DNA of 64,000 bases from an uncultured Solirubrobacterales bacterium (GTDB lineage Bacteria > Actinomycetota > Thermoleophilia > Solirubrobacterales > 70-9): the NCBI GenBank assembly GCA_963798165.1, contig CAWCSE010000003.1, positions 178,014 through 242,013 of the forward strand, written 5' to 3'. How positions within the stretch are numbered: position 1 is the stretch's first letter; each line of letters opens with the position of its first letter. Positions 47,741-58,074 of this stretch are shown one piece after another. The notes under the pieces were generated by a model. The model was not told where the DNA came from, made no database searches, and saw only the letters and a list, made by a program, of their open reading frames with translations. A program made the position numbers and the translations under genes.

Positions 47741-48969
47741 CCCGCTCCTTCCGATTTGTTGTCGGCGGCCCCGGCGGTTGACGCCTCCGGGGTGTCCTCA
47801 AGGGGAGAGACGACGAGGTTGAGCCCGTCGATCTCGTCGACTCTGACTCTATACCCGGCCTCCTGCGGGCCAGCGGGCGGCGCGACGCGCGCCTCCCACA
47901 GGGCGCCGTCGACGAACACCTGGCCGGCCGGGGCGAGCGGCGTTCGCACCGTCGCGATCTCACCGATCAGCGCCTCCGGTCCGCTCGCCACCGGTCGGTG
48001 TCGAGCCTGCACCGCCTTGGCGCCGACGAACACCGTCGCCAGGCCGAGCGCCCCGGCCACGCCGATCACCAGGCCCGGACTGACCTCGATCTGGCTGTTG
48101 TCGGTGTCGAAGATCAGCAAACCGCCGCCGATCAGGGCGGCGACACCGAGAATGCCGAGTATCCCCGCCGTGGGGAGGTGGCTCTCGGCGACGATGAAAG
48201 CGATCCCGGTGAGCAGGAGCAGCACGCCGATCGCAGCCACCGGGAGGTGAATCGCGCCGATGATCCCGAGGGTCAGGGCGACCCCACCGATCACGCCCGG
48301 AATGAGCGTGCCGGGCGCGAAGGCCTCCAGCGTCAGCCCGAGCAGCCCGACCAGAAGCAGCAGGAACGCGACGTTCGGATCGACCAGGACGTCGAGCACC
48401 TGGTAGAGGACGGTCATCCCCTGATCGTCGATCTCGACCCCCGAAGTCTCCAGCGTCGTCGACTTCGGGCCGGTGACCTGAAAGCCGTCGAGCTCCTGCA
48501 GGAGCCGGTCCTGGTCGGGCGCGACGAAGTCGATCTGACCCTTCGCGAGGGCGGTGTTCTCGCTCTCCTGATTGCCGGGGACACCGATCGCCGTGGTCGG
48601 TGCCATCGCTCTGACGTCGGCGGCGGCGACGATGGCGGCACCCTGGCCGATGGCTTCGGCGCCACTCGGCGAGACGTAGACGACGACGGGTATCGGGGCG
48701 GAGCGGATGTCGCTGACGATGTCCTCGGCCGAGGACTGCAGGCCCCCCGGCGTGTCCAGCCGGATGATCGCGAACGGTGCGCCCTCGTCGGCCGCGGAGC
48801 CGAGGGCGTGGCCGACCCAGCCCGCTTCGGCCGCATTCAGCTCGCCGCTCAGCTCGATCGACGGAACCTTCGCCTGGGCGCCTCCCTGGCCGGAGGACTG
48901 CGCAGCGCCGAACAGGACGAGCCCGAGCACTACCCCCAGGGCCACGAGTCCGGTAACGCGAGGGCGCAT
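47737..48969 (-). CDS. NfeD-family membrane protein (ClpP-like N-domain, TM block, C-terminal OB domain)
   Basis: Start at ATG 48969 ([12 protein letters not shown]). [39 protein letters not shown], 4-5 TM helices, and C-terminal [13 protein letters not shown]. 4-nt overlap with the SPFH gene. Confidence 0.8.
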   Translation of the reverse strand: MRPRVTGLVALGVVLGLVLFGAAQSSGQGGAQAKVPSIELSGELNAAEAGWVGHALGSAADEGAPFAIIRLDTPGGLQSSAEDIVSDIRSAPIPVVVYVSPSGAEAIGQGAAIVAAADVRAMAPTTAIGVPGNQESENTALAKGQIDFVAPDQDRLLQELDGFQVTGPKSTTLETSGVEIDDQGMTVLYQVLDVLVDPNVAFLLLLVGLLGLTLEAFAPGTLIPGVIGGVALTLGIIGAIHLPVAAIGVLLLLTGIAFIVAESHLPTAGILGILGVAALIGGGLLIFDTDNSQIEVSPGLVIGVAGALGLATVFVGAKAVQARHRPVASGPEALIGEIATVRTPLAPAGQVFVDGALWEARVAPPAGPQEAGYRVRVDEIDGLNLVVSPLEDTPEASTAGAADNKSEGAG

Positions 48970-49022
48970 GCCCCAATTATCAGCAGCCTCCCTAAACGGG
49001 GTCGAACCGGGCAACCGCGGAC

Positions 49023-49625
49023 TCAGCCGAGCGCGTACTTCTGGATGTCGGCCTCGAGCGCTGCCTGGTCGGCATAGACGCCCTGGTGGGCGTAGACGAG
49101 CTCGCCGTTGGCGTCGAAGAAGAGGGTGTTCGGGAACGCCCCGATCAGATTCGCGCCGGTCTCGTTGGCGAGGTCCTTGCCGGGGTCCGCGAAGCTCGGG
49201 TAGGGGATCGGGTGACCGTCGAGGAAGGTCTTCGCCGCGGAGTCCTCGTCATCGCCGTCGACGCCGATGAACGCGACCTGATCGAGGTGATCGGCTGCGG
49301 CCTGCTGGAACCAGGGCCATTCCGTGCGGCAGGGGCCACACCAAGACGCCCAGTTGTTGACGACGGCCGGGTAGCCCTTGACCGCGGCGAGCTGGGCCTT
49401 GAAGGCGTCGAGGCCGCCCGGCGCGAGTGCACCGCCCTGGTCGTAGAGGGGCTTCAACTGCGCCGGGGCCTTGGCGAGCGCCGGCTTGTAGTCGGGGGCG
49501 TCGGAGGCGCTGCCGGGGTCGGTTCCGGAATCGCCCGAACCGCAGGCTGTGAGGAGGACGGCGAGGATCAGCACGAGCAGTGCCGCTGCCGGTTTTCCTG
49601 CGCGCTTGTGGTGTCGGTTGCTCAT
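49023..49625 (-). CDS. TlpA/ResA-like thiol-disulfide oxidoreductase lipoprotein
   Basis: 200 aa. Lipobox LLTACGS and thioredoxin motif WASWCGPCRTEWP. Confidence 0.8.
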   Translation of the reverse strand: MSNRHHKRAGKPAAALLVLILAVLLTACGSGDSGTDPGSASDAPDYKPALAKAPAQLKPLYDQGGALAPGGLDAFKAQLAAVKGYPAVVNNWASWCGPCRTEWPWFQQAAADHLDQVAFIGVDGDDEDSAAKTFLDGHPIPYPSFADPGKDLANETGANLIGAFPNTLFFDANGELVYAHQGVYADQAALEADIQKYALG

Positions 49626-49782
49626 TCGGCCGTTTCCCCTGCTTTAATGGTCGTGCGGTCCGAGGGGAATGTTGGACCGCGGGGCCGCGGCCAGCACAGA
49701 AGCCTGACCGCCTCGCCCCATCGAGCTTACTGCGCCGCTCGCTCCGTCTTGGATCGAACGGCGCGGCCACGAAGCCTTTCTC

Positions 49783-52476
49783 ATGGCAGAAACCACCGCT
49801 ATCGCCGCCGACGCGGCCAACGCGCTTTCCAGCGCCGACCTCGAACGCGTTCAGAAGTTCACGCGTGAACCGATCCTGCTCGAGGGCGAGACTCCCGAGG
49901 ACCTCGTTCCCGGCGCCGCCCGGCGGCTCGCCTTCGATGCTGCGCTTGCCGAGATCGAGGAGGGCTTCGAGGAGCCCTCCCCCGCGTGGCGCCAGAACTT
50001 CTCGCTGCTGCTCGGCCTCGAGCGGATCCTGGCCGAGGAGCGGCCGCTGCTGCTCGACGGCGCCGAGCTCTCCGAGCATCAGGTCGACGCGCTGTCGGGA
50101 ACGCTCGCGGCGATCATCTCCGAGATCGAGGAGCCGGGGTCGAACCGCGGCAATGGGCCGAACGGGGGCGCGGGCGGGTCGGGCAACGGCGGGAACGGAG
50201 GCGATTCGACCGCCGACGAGGACGACGCGCTCGCCGAGGACGAGGAGCCGCAGGACTGGGACGAGGAGCCGATCGACTCCGAGGAGGAGGATGTCGTCAC
50301 CGAGGCCGCCGACGACCCCTACGCCAGTCGTCGCTTCTGGTTCGAGCACGCGACCGGCGCCGGCAAGACCGTCGCCGCGGTCGGGTTCGTCGAGTCGTCG
50401 CGCACCGGCGGCATCCTGATCCTCACCCATCGCCGCAACCTCGTCGACCAGTTCATCGGCGAGATTTCCGACCGCGGCTATGCCGATCGCCTCTCCCCGC
50501 CGCTGCTGAAGGGCAGCGACAACGCCTACGGGCCGGTCACGGTGGAGACGTACCAGTGGTTCGTGCGCAACGCCGGCAAGATCTCGAGCGCCTATTCGAT
50601 CGTGATCTGCGACGAGGCCCACACGGCACTCGGCGAGAAGACCAGCGCCTGCATCCGCAACTGGCAGGGACCGGTGTTCATCGGCATGACCGCGACCGGC
50701 GCACTGATCGCCCGTCACGTCGCCGATCTCTTCCCGACCCAGACGTCGCGATTCGATCTCGCCCAGGCGGCTCGCCGCGGGGTGATCGCACCGCTGCGAT
50801 GCATCCGCATCCCGCCCGGCCCGGGGGTGAGGACGCTCGCGAACGTGCCCCTGCGCAAGGGGGAGGTCGACCAGGACTTCGACCAGGAGGAGCTGGCCAA
50901 GCTGCTCGACCAGGGGCCCTTCAACGTCGCCGTCGCCGATCTCTACAACTCACGCTTCAAGCGGGTTCCCGGCGTCGTCTACACCGCCGGCGTCAAGCAC
51001 GCCAACAACGTCGCCGAGGCGATGCGGGGATTCGACATCAACGCCCGCGCCGTCTCCGGTGAGACCCCGAAGCGGGAGCTCGCCGAGACACTCGCGGCCT
51101 TCGAGCGCGGCGAGGTGGACGTGCTCTGCAACGCGATGCTCCTCGCCGAGGGCTGGAACTCCCCGCGCGCCACCATCTGCATGCACCTCGCCCCGACCGC
51201 CTCCAAGCGGATCTACCAGCAGCGGGTCGGGCGCGTCACGCGCCGCAATCCCGGCAAGGAGGCCGGCCTCGTGATCGATCTGGTCCACCCCGCCACCCGC
51301 CACGACGAGGCGATCGTGACGCTGCACAGCCTCCTCGATCGCGACGTCTACCGCGGCGGCGCGATCGTCGTCGGTCCCGTGCGGCGTGGCCGCGGACGCC
51401 GCGTCCGGGTCGAGAAGCGGGTCGTCCCGGTGTCCGCCGATCCGGAACGCCGTCTGCAGGTGCTCGAGCGCGAGATGTGGCGGATCGCCGTCGAGCGCCT
51501 CGACTATTCCGAGCAACACGTCTGGGCCGCCCTCGCCGGTGCACGCGTGCAGCCGAACTCGTGGCGCAAGGCGAAGGCCATGCTCCAGCACGACCAGGCC
51601 AAGGAACTGCGGCGCCGCTTCCTGCTCACCTGCATCCAGCGCAACCGCTCGACCCAGCTGAAGCTGAAGGCCCTCGGCGAGCTCGCGGTGACCCGCGAGG
51701 CCGAACCCTTCGACGAGGCGATCGACATGGTCGGGACCTGGCAACGCGACCAGCGCCGGGCCGGGGTGCGGATCCTCCTGCAGGCGCTGGCCGAGAACCG
51801 GATCGGGCGCCGCGACCAGGCTCAGGCCTGGGTCTGGCGACTCGCCGAGTTCACCCGCGACTCCCACGAGGAATACGCGGTCGCCCGCTGGCCCGAGACG
51901 AAACGACTGCTCGGCCTGTTCGTCAACTCCTCCGGTCGCGCCCACGGCAAGAACGCCCGCCGGCTCGTCCAGGCCGCGCGCGGGCAGGACCGCCGGCTCG
52001 CGGTCGCCCTGCTCGCAGCGGCGGTCGCCCACACGCCCGAGGCCGAGGAGGTCCTTCGCGGTGCCCGGATGCGCATGGCGCGGAAGCCGTCGGCGGTGGC
52101 CCGTGAGTTGCTTCGCAACCTCCCGAAGGGGAGCGGCAAGAAGCGCCGTCGTCGCAGCAAGCGCTCCCGCGAGAACGAGGGCGAGAACAAGAACGGCAAG
52201 GACGCCGAGCTCGAGGTCGAGGCGATCGAGGAGAACGATCTGACTGCGGACGGCGACGACGGCGGCATGCCGGGAACCGCCGAGGAGGGCCCGCAACCCG
52301 AGGGCGAGAAGGTCGACCTCAGCGACCTCGAGGACGAGGACGACATCGCGGCCTCGTCGCCCCCGATCTCCGCCTCTGACCACGACAAGCCCGCCGGCGG
52401 CGCCAAGGGCGGCGGCGGCAAGGGCGGCAGTCGTCGACGGTCGCGATCGAGCCAGCGCCGCCGCAAGTCCTCCTAG
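49783..52476 (+). CDS. superfamily-2 DEAD/DEAH-box helicase with acidic insert and long basic C-terminal extension
   Basis: 897 aa. Walker A HATGAGKT, DEAH box ICDEAHT, motif III MTAT, motif VI QQRVGRVTR. The N-domain has a Gly/Asp/Glu-rich insert. The tail is Lys/Arg/Glu-rich. Confidence 0.8.
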   Translation: MAETTAIAADAANALSSADLERVQKFTREPILLEGETPEDLVPGAARRLAFDAALAEIEEGFEEPSPAWRQNFSLLLGLERILAEERPLLLDGAELSEHQVDALSGTLAAIISEIEEPGSNRGNGPNGGAGGSGNGGNGGDSTADEDDALAEDEEPQDWDEEPIDSEEEDVVTEAADDPYASRRFWFEHATGAGKTVAAVGFVESSRTGGILILTHRRNLVDQFIGEISDRGYADRLSPPLLKGSDNAYGPVTVETYQWFVRNAGKISSAYSIVICDEAHTALGEKTSACIRNWQGPVFIGMTATGALIARHVADLFPTQTSRFDLAQAARRGVIAPLRCIRIPPGPGVRTLANVPLRKGEVDQDFDQEELAKLLDQGPFNVAVADLYNSRFKRVPGVVYTAGVKHANNVAEAMRGFDINARAVSGETPKRELAETLAAFERGEVDVLCNAMLLAEGWNSPRATICMHLAPTASKRIYQQRVGRVTRRNPGKEAGLVIDLVHPATRHDEAIVTLHSLLDRDVYRGGAIVVGPVRRGRGRRVRVEKRVVPVSADPERRLQVLEREMWRIAVERLDYSEQHVWAALAGARVQPNSWRKAKAMLQHDQAKELRRRFLLTCIQRNRSTQLKLKALGELAVTREAEPFDEAIDMVGTWQRDQRRAGVRILLQALAENRIGRRDQAQAWVWRLAEFTRDSHEEYAVARWPETKRLLGLFVNSSGRAHGKNARRLVQAARGQDRRLAVALLAAAVAHTPEAEEVLRGARMRMARKPSAVARELLRNLPKGSGKKRRRRSKRSRENEGENKNGKDAELEVEAIEENDLTADGDDGGMPGTAEEGPQPEGEKVDLSDLEDEDDIAASSPPISASDHDKPAGGAKGGGGKGGSRRRSRSSQRRRKSS

Positions 52477-53192
52477 TCCAGCTTCAGCTGGACCTCGCCC
52501 GAGCCGAGCGAGTTGAGGGCTCCATCGGCTCCACGGACCAGCAGGTTGCCCCGCTCGTCGATCCCCTCGCCGATCCCCGATCGCCCATCTCCCTCCGGGC
52601 CGCCCTCCCAGCTCAGCTCCCGGCCACGCAGGGCGTCGCGGGCGGCGAACTGCTCGCGGACGAGGGTGGGATCGGATTCGACCCAGCGGCTGAGCGCGCC
52701 GTCCAGCGCCTCGCGCATCGCGTCGGGGCCCACCCCGTTGCCGAGCGAGACGGCCGGCCAGCGCAGGTCGTCGGGGAAATCGGCGGGCGCGATCGCCAGG
52801 TTGATCCCGATCCCGATCACCGCCCAGTGCGGCGGTCGCGCCTCGATCAGGATCCCGCTGAGCTTGCGCTCGTCGATCCAGACGTCGTTCGGCCACTTGA
52901 TCGCACAGCTGACCGGCGCGAGCGATTCGCACGCTTCGCAGACGGCGACGGGCACCGCCAGCGGCAGCAGCAGGTGGGCGAGATCGAGCGGCCGCAGGAT
53001 CGCCGAGTAGAGCAGGGCCGCGTTCGCCGGAGCGGTCCAGATCCGATCGCCGCGTCCGCGTCCGGCCGACTGCTCGGCGGCGGTGACGACGGTTCCCGAG
53101 GGCGCGCCGCCGATCGCCAGATCCTTCGCCTGCGAGTTGGTCGAGTCGGTGAGCTCGTGATGGTGGTGCGGGGAGCCGAACGTGGTTGCCAT
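52473..53192 (-). CDS. birA: biotin--[acetyl-CoA-carboxylase] ligase (group I, no HTH)
   Basis: 239 aa. ELTDSTNSQAK, GRGRGDRIWTAP (GRGRxGRxW), KWPNDV. Confidence 0.85.
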   Translation of the reverse strand: MATTFGSPHHHHELTDSTNSQAKDLAIGGAPSGTVVTAAEQSAGRGRGDRIWTAPANAALLYSAILRPLDLAHLLLPLAVPVAVCEACESLAPVSCAIKWPNDVWIDERKLSGILIEARPPHWAVIGIGINLAIAPADFPDDLRWPAVSLGNGVGPDAMREALDGALSRWVESDPTLVREQFAARDALRGRELSWEGGPEGDGRSGIGEGIDERGNLLVRGADGALNSLGSGEVQLKLD

Positions 53193-53233
53193 GGCTGGAA
53201 CCTAACCGGGACGGAATCTATGCTGGCCACGCG

Positions 53234-53968
53234 ATGAGCGAAGCTGCCGCCCCCCTCGCCGTCTCGATCCGGGATCTCAACGTCGTCAGGGGCAACAACC
53301 ACGTGCTCAGGGACCTCTCGATCGAGATCGAGCCGGGCCGCGTGACCGGCCTGCTCGGCCCCAGCGGCTGCGGCAAGACGACGCTGATGCGAGCGATCGT
53401 CGGCGTCCAGGTCGTCGCGGGAGGATCAATCGACGTCCTCGGGCTCCCCGCCGGATCCCCCGAGCTGCGCGCCCGCGTCGGCTACGTCACCCAGGCGCCC
53501 TCGGTCTACGGGGACCTGAGCGTCGAGGAGAACCTGCGCTACTTCGGCGCGATCGTCGGCGCCGGCCCGGAGCGGATCGCCGAAACGATCGATTCGGTCG
53601 GCCTGGCGGGATTCGAAGCCCGGATCACCGGGTCGCTCTCGGGCGGGCAGCGATCGCGCGTCTCCCTGGCCTCGGCTTTGCTGGGCGGGCCGCCGCTCCT
53701 CGTCCTCGACGAGCCGACGGTCGGTCTCGACCCCGTGCTTCGCGCCGAGTTGTGGGGAATGTTCCACGAGCTGGCCGCCGCCGGGACGACCCTGCTCGTC
53801 TCCAGCCACGTCATGGACGAGGCGAGGGAGTGCGACGCGCTGCTGCTCATGCGCGAGGGCAGGATGCTGCGCAGGACCACACCGCAGGGCCTCCGCGACG
53901 AGACGGGCGAGGACGATCTGCAGCGGGCGTTTCTGGCCGTGATCCAGTCCGAGGAGCTCCGGACATGA
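53234..53968 (+). CDS. ABC transporter ATP-binding protein (ABC-2/DrrA-like)
   Basis: ATG 53234 (MSEAAAPLAV). Walker A GPSGCGKTT, signature LSGGQRSR, Walker B LLVLDEPT. Confidence 0.9.
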   Translation: MSEAAAPLAVSIRDLNVVRGNNHVLRDLSIEIEPGRVTGLLGPSGCGKTTLMRAIVGVQVVAGGSIDVLGLPAGSPELRARVGYVTQAPSVYGDLSVEENLRYFGAIVGAGPERIAETIDSVGLAGFEARITGSLSGGQRSRVSLASALLGGPPLLVLDEPTVGLDPVLRAELWGMFHELAAAGTTLLVSSHVMDEARECDALLLMREGRMLRRTTPQGLRDETGEDDLQRAFLAVIQSEELRT

Positions 53969-54702
53969 CCCTCACAGCCAGCCTCGCGACCGCCCGGCGC
54001 GTGCTGTGGCAGATCCGCAGGGATCCGCGGACCATCGCCCTGCTGCTGATCGTCCCGGCCGCGCTGCTGGTCCTCCTCTACTTCATCTTCGACGGCCGCG
54101 AGGCCACGTTCCAGACCATCGGCCCGCCGCTCTGCGGGCTGTTCCCGTTCATCGTCATGTTCCTGATCACCTCGATTGCGATGCTCCGCGAGCGCACCAC
54201 GGGAACCCTGGAGCGGCTGATGACCCTGCCGCTCGGCAAGGCCGACATCCTCTTCGGATACGGGGTCGGCTTCGGGCTGCTCGCGGCGCTCCAGGCGGTC
54301 GTGATCTGCGCCGTCGGTTTCATCCCGCTCGGGCTCGACGCCCCCCACGGCACATGGTTGATCGCGCTCCTGGCGATCGGGAACGCGACGCTCGGGATGG
54401 CACTCGGCCTGCTCGCCAGCGCGTTCGCCCGGACCGAGTTCCAGGCGGTGCAGTTCATGCCGGCCTTCATCTTTCCGCAGCTGCTTCTCTGCGGGCTCTT
54501 CGCCGCGCGCGACCAGATGGCCCCGGCGCTCGAGGCGGCCTCCTGGGCGCTGCCGCTCACCTACGCCTACGACGCGCTCGCGAGGGCGACGAGCCCGGCC
54601 GCGCTGGGTGGCGGGTTCGCCGTCGACGTTGCGGTGATCGTCGGGGCGACGGTCGCATCCCTCGCCCTCGGCGCCCTGACGCTCCGTCGCCGAACGACCT
54701 AG
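53965..54702 (+). CDS. ABC-2 type transporter permease
   Basis: ATGA overlap with the ATPase. MTLTASLATARRVLWQIRRDPRTIALLLIVP, 6 TM helices, ERTTGTLERLMTLP motif. Confidence 0.85.
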   Translation: MTLTASLATARRVLWQIRRDPRTIALLLIVPAALLVLLYFIFDGREATFQTIGPPLCGLFPFIVMFLITSIAMLRERTTGTLERLMTLPLGKADILFGYGVGFGLLAALQAVVICAVGFIPLGLDAPHGTWLIALLAIGNATLGMALGLLASAFARTEFQAVQFMPAFIFPQLLLCGLFAARDQMAPALEAASWALPLTYAYDALARATSPAALGGGFAVDVAVIVGATVASLALGALTLRRRTT

Positions 54703-55511
54703 GGCGCCGGCTCGAGCTCGACGACGTCGCCGACGCGGATGTCGAGCACCTCGCTGGCGTCGCCGCGGTTGACGGCGATCGCCATCCGCCCGGACGAGTC
54801 CTCGTAGAAGAGGAAGCCGCCGTCCGGCACCTGCTCGAAGGCGGCCGCCCGGGTGGCGGTGCGGCGGCGCTTGCGAGAGCCGACCGAGACGCGGCCCGAA
54901 CCGGCGAGCGGATGCCCCTCCAGGTCGCCGCGACTGAGGTCGAGGGAGATGTTGCCGAAGCCGTCGATCCGCTCGGCATGAGCAAACGCGCGCAGCTGCT
55001 CGAGGCGGGGCCGGGAGACGGGCTGCCGCTCGAGGCTCGCCGGGTCGATCGGCAGACCCGCCGCCGAGAGCGCATCGCCGCGAGCGAGGTGAGCGGCGAC
55101 CGGCGCGAAGAGATCGCGGCCGTGGAAGGTGGCCGAGGGATGCTCGAGGCGGAAGTCGGAGTCACTGATGTCGACGGCCTCCACCGCGCCCCCGAGGACA
55201 TCGATCGCCGGCGGCAGCAGCCCGTTGTCGGGGCCGACGAGCAGATGCCCCTCGCCGCCGGTGCGGACCGCGATCGCGCGGCGCGGCCCGCCGACCCCGG
55301 GATCAACGATCGCGAGGTGGACGCCGATCGGGGCGTAGGGAAGGGCGTCGGCCAGGACGGCGGCTGCCTCGCGGACGTCGTGGCGGCCGATCCCGTGGCT
55401 GAGGTCGATCACGTCGGTGCCGGGCGAGATGCGTGCGATCACGGCGCGGCAGACGCCGGCGAAATCGTCCGCGACGCCGTAGTCCGTCAGGAAGGTGATC
55501 GGAAGGCCCAT
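54699..55511 (-). CDS. SAM hydroxide adenosyltransferase / chlorinase-fluorinase family (DUF62) protein
   Basis: 270 aa. ITFLTDYGVADDFAGVCRAVI...VIDLSHGI...VHLAIVDPGVGGPRRAIAV. Confidence 0.8.
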   Translation of the reverse strand: MGLPITFLTDYGVADDFAGVCRAVIARISPGTDVIDLSHGIGRHDVREAAAVLADALPYAPIGVHLAIVDPGVGGPRRAIAVRTGGEGHLLVGPDNGLLPPAIDVLGGAVEAVDISDSDFRLEHPSATFHGRDLFAPVAAHLARGDALSAAGLPIDPASLERQPVSRPRLEQLRAFAHAERIDGFGNISLDLSRGDLEGHPLAGSGRVSVGSRKRRRTATRAAAFEQVPDGGFLFYEDSSGRMAIAVNRGDASEVLDIRVGDVVELEPAP

Positions 55512-55621
55512 GTCCCTGGTTTCACTGTAGATGGTCGATTCCGCCAGGGTGCGTGAGGGGCGTCACGGCCGTGCATCACCGCCGAGCGGGCGGAAAACCG
55601 TCCTCGGAAGCGATTTTCCGG

Positions 55622-57157
55622 CTACGGAGATGCGTCGCCGAGCAGCGCCGCCACGAGTCCGTCGGGATCGTGCTCGGAGGCCTCGACGGCGACCGTGAGG
55701 CCCGCCTCGCGGGCCGTCTCGCTCGTCACCGGGCCGATCGAGACGACGCGGGCGCCGGCCGGGAAGCGATCGCCGACCGACTCCAGGAAGTAGCGGACGG
55801 TCGACGACGACGTGAACGTCACGTAGTCGGCGTCGGCTGCGGCGTCGATCAGGGCGTCGTCCGCCGGCTCGCGGACCGTCTCGTAGAGAGCGACGACGTC
55901 GACGGCGGCGTCGCGCTCGGCGAGCGCCTCGGGGAGGACGTCCCGGGCCTCGGCGGCGCGGGCGATCAGCACCGGGCGGTCGGCGACGTCCACCTCCCGC
56001 AACGACTCCACCAGCGACTCGGCGATCGATCGCGGCGGGACGATGTCGGGGATCAACCCGTGCGAGCGCAGCGCCCGCGCCGTGCCCGGGCCGATCGCCG
56101 CGATCGTCGCGTTCGCGAGCGCGCGGCCGTCGAAGCCACGGTCGGCCATCGCGCGGAGCAGGAGATCGACGCCGTTGGGGCTGGTCAGGCAAACCAGCGC
56201 GTAGGAATGGAGGTTCTCGACCATCGCCGACACCTCGGCCGAGTCGATCCGCGGCTCGATCCTGATCGCCGGCAGCACCACCACCTCGGCTCCGAGGCCC
56301 CGCAGGCGAGCGGCGAGCGAGCTGGACTGGGCGCGGGCGCGGGTGACCACGATCTTGCGGCCGTGCAGAGGTCGCTGCTCGAGCCAGGCGATCTTCTCGC
56401 GGCGGGCGGCGACGGGTCCGAAGATCAGGATCGCCGGAGCCTTGAGGCCGGCCTCGGCGACCGCGTCCGGCAGCGTCGCCGCCGTCGCGAGGACCGTGCG
56501 CTGCCCCGGCCACGTGCCGCGCTCGATCGCGGCGGCGGGCTCGGCGGGATCGCGCCCGGCATCGATCAGCCGCGCCGAGATGCGCGGCAGGTTCCTGACT
56601 CCCATGTAGAGCACGAGGGTGCCCGGGAAGGCGGCCAGTGCCGGCCAGTCGATCGCCGACTCCGGCTTGTCGGGATCCTCGTGGCCGGTGACGAAGGCGA
56701 CCGCCGAGGCGTCCTCGCGATGGGTGACGGGGATTCCGGCGTAGGCCGACGCGGCGATCCCGGCCGTGACGCCCGGCACGACCTCGAACGGAACCCCGGC
56801 GGCGACCAGCGTCTCGGCCTCCTCGCCGCCGCGGCCGAAGACGAACGGGTCGCCGCCCTTGAGCCGGACCACGGAGCGGCCCTGCCGGGCGATTTCGACC
56901 ATCCGCCGCTCGGTCTCCTCCTGCTCCATCGCCACCGAGCCGGGAGCCTTGCCCACGTAGATCAGCTCGGCGTCGGCGCGGGCGCCGTCCAGGGCGCCGG
57001 CGGGGATCAGCCGGTCGTAGAGAATCGCGTCGGCACCGGCGATCAACTCGAGCGAGCGAGCGGTCATCAGGCCGCGGTCACCGGGCCCGGCACCGACCAG
57101 GTACGCCACCCCGGGCTCGGGCCCGGGTCCCTTCGGTGTCGTCTCGCGGCGGCTCAT
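55622..57157 (-). CDS. bifunctional uroporphyrinogen-III C-methyltransferase / uroporphyrinogen-III synthase
   Basis: Start at ATG 57157 (MSRRETTPKG). VAYLVGAGPGDRGLMT..ADAILYDRL..RLKGGDPFVFGRGGEE is the CobA domain. The C-terminal half is HemD-like (RKIVVTRA...LTSPNGV). Confidence 0.85.
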   Translation of the reverse strand: MSRRETTPKGPGPEPGVAYLVGAGPGDRGLMTARSLELIAGADAILYDRLIPAGALDGARADAELIYVGKAPGSVAMEQEETERRMVEIARQGRSVVRLKGGDPFVFGRGGEEAETLVAAGVPFEVVPGVTAGIAASAYAGIPVTHREDASAVAFVTGHEDPDKPESAIDWPALAAFPGTLVLYMGVRNLPRISARLIDAGRDPAEPAAAIERGTWPGQRTVLATAATLPDAVAEAGLKAPAILIFGPVAARREKIAWLEQRPLHGRKIVVTRARAQSSSLAARLRGLGAEVVVLPAIRIEPRIDSAEVSAMVENLHSYALVCLTSPNGVDLLLRAMADRGFDGRALANATIAAIGPGTARALRSHGLIPDIVPPRSIAESLVESLREVDVADRPVLIARAAEARDVLPEALAERDAAVDVVALYETVREPADDALIDAAADADYVTFTSSSTVRYFLESVGDRFPAGARVVSIGPVTSETAREAGLTVAVEASEHDPDGLVAALLGDASP

Positions 57158-57164
57158 CGACCAA

Positions 57165-58070
57165 TCATGACGCTGCCCGGGCGAGCAATCCGAGCGCGCC
57201 GGCCGCCGCCATCCGTTCGACGAGCGCCTCACCGAGTGCGGCGGGCTGGTCGGGGTCGCCCTCGACCTCGTCATAGACGTGCTCGCTTCCGTCGGGCATC
57301 CCGGCGTAGCCGCGGAGGACTAGCAGCCCGTCCCGGTGGCGAGCGCAGACGCCGACCGGCGTGTCGCAGCTCGCGCCGAGACCCGCGACCGCGGCCCGCT
57401 CCGCGGTCAGCTCGATCAGCGCGTCGCGCTCGGTCAGGTTCGCCGCGGCGTCGAAGGGGCCGGGATCCCCGTCGCGGGCCTGCAGAGCGAGCGAGCCCTG
57501 CCCCGGCGCCGGGGTCAGCGCGCGGAGCCCGAACCGGAAACCGATCTCGGAATCGCGTCCCAGCCTTCTCAGCCCGGCGGCGGCGAGGACGACCCCGTCG
57601 ACCTCCCCGTCGGCGAGCTTGCGCAGCCGCGTGTCGACGTTGCCGCGGATCTCGATCACCTCGAGATCGGGCCGCAGGGCGAGAAGCTGGGAACGGCGGC
57701 GCAGGCTCGCCGTCCCGACCCGGGCACCCTCGGGGACGTCGAGCAGCGAGTCGCCGGCGCCGATCCAGACGTCGGCCGGGTCCTCGCGGGCCGGGACGCC
57801 GGCCAGGACGAGGCCACCGGGGATCTCACCGGGGAGGTCCTTGGCGCTGTGGACGGCGAGGTCGATATCGCCGTCAAGGAGCGCCCGCTCGATCTCGCGG
57901 ACGAATCGCGACTTGTCGGCGGGGTGGGCGCCCCGCTCGGGCGCCGCCGGCCCTCCCTCGTCGCCGGAGGTCCGGATCACGACCAGCTCGGCGTCGCCGA
58001 GCGCTTCCGCGACGGTCCCGGCCTGTGCCAGCGCCAGCGCACTGCCACGAGTGCCGATCCGCAGGCTCAG
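57165..58070 (-). CDS. hemC: hydroxymethylbilane synthase (porphobilinogen deaminase); start codon unresolved
   Basis: LSLRIGTRGSALALAQA...IRTSGDE...AVHSAKDLP...LRGNVDTRL. The conserved N-terminus extends 30 codons upstream of the first GTG (57980). The only candidates are CTG codons at 58070 and 58064, just after the hemA stop. Confidence 0.8.
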   Translation of the reverse strand: MSLRIGTRGSALALAQAGTVAEALGDAELVVIRTSGDEGGPAAPERGAHPADKSRFVREIERALLDGDIDLAVHSAKDLPGEIPGGLVLAGVPAREDPADVWIGAGDSLLDVPEGARVGTASLRRRSQLLALRPDLEVIEIRGNVDTRLRKLADGEVDGVVLAAAGLRRLGRDSEIGFRFGLRALTPAPGQGSLALQARDGDPGPFDAAANLTERDALIELTAERAAVAGLGASCDTPVGVCARHRDGLLVLRGYAGMPDGSEHVYDEVEGDPDQPAALGEALVERMAAAGALGLLARAAS

Positions 58071-58074
58071 GGCG

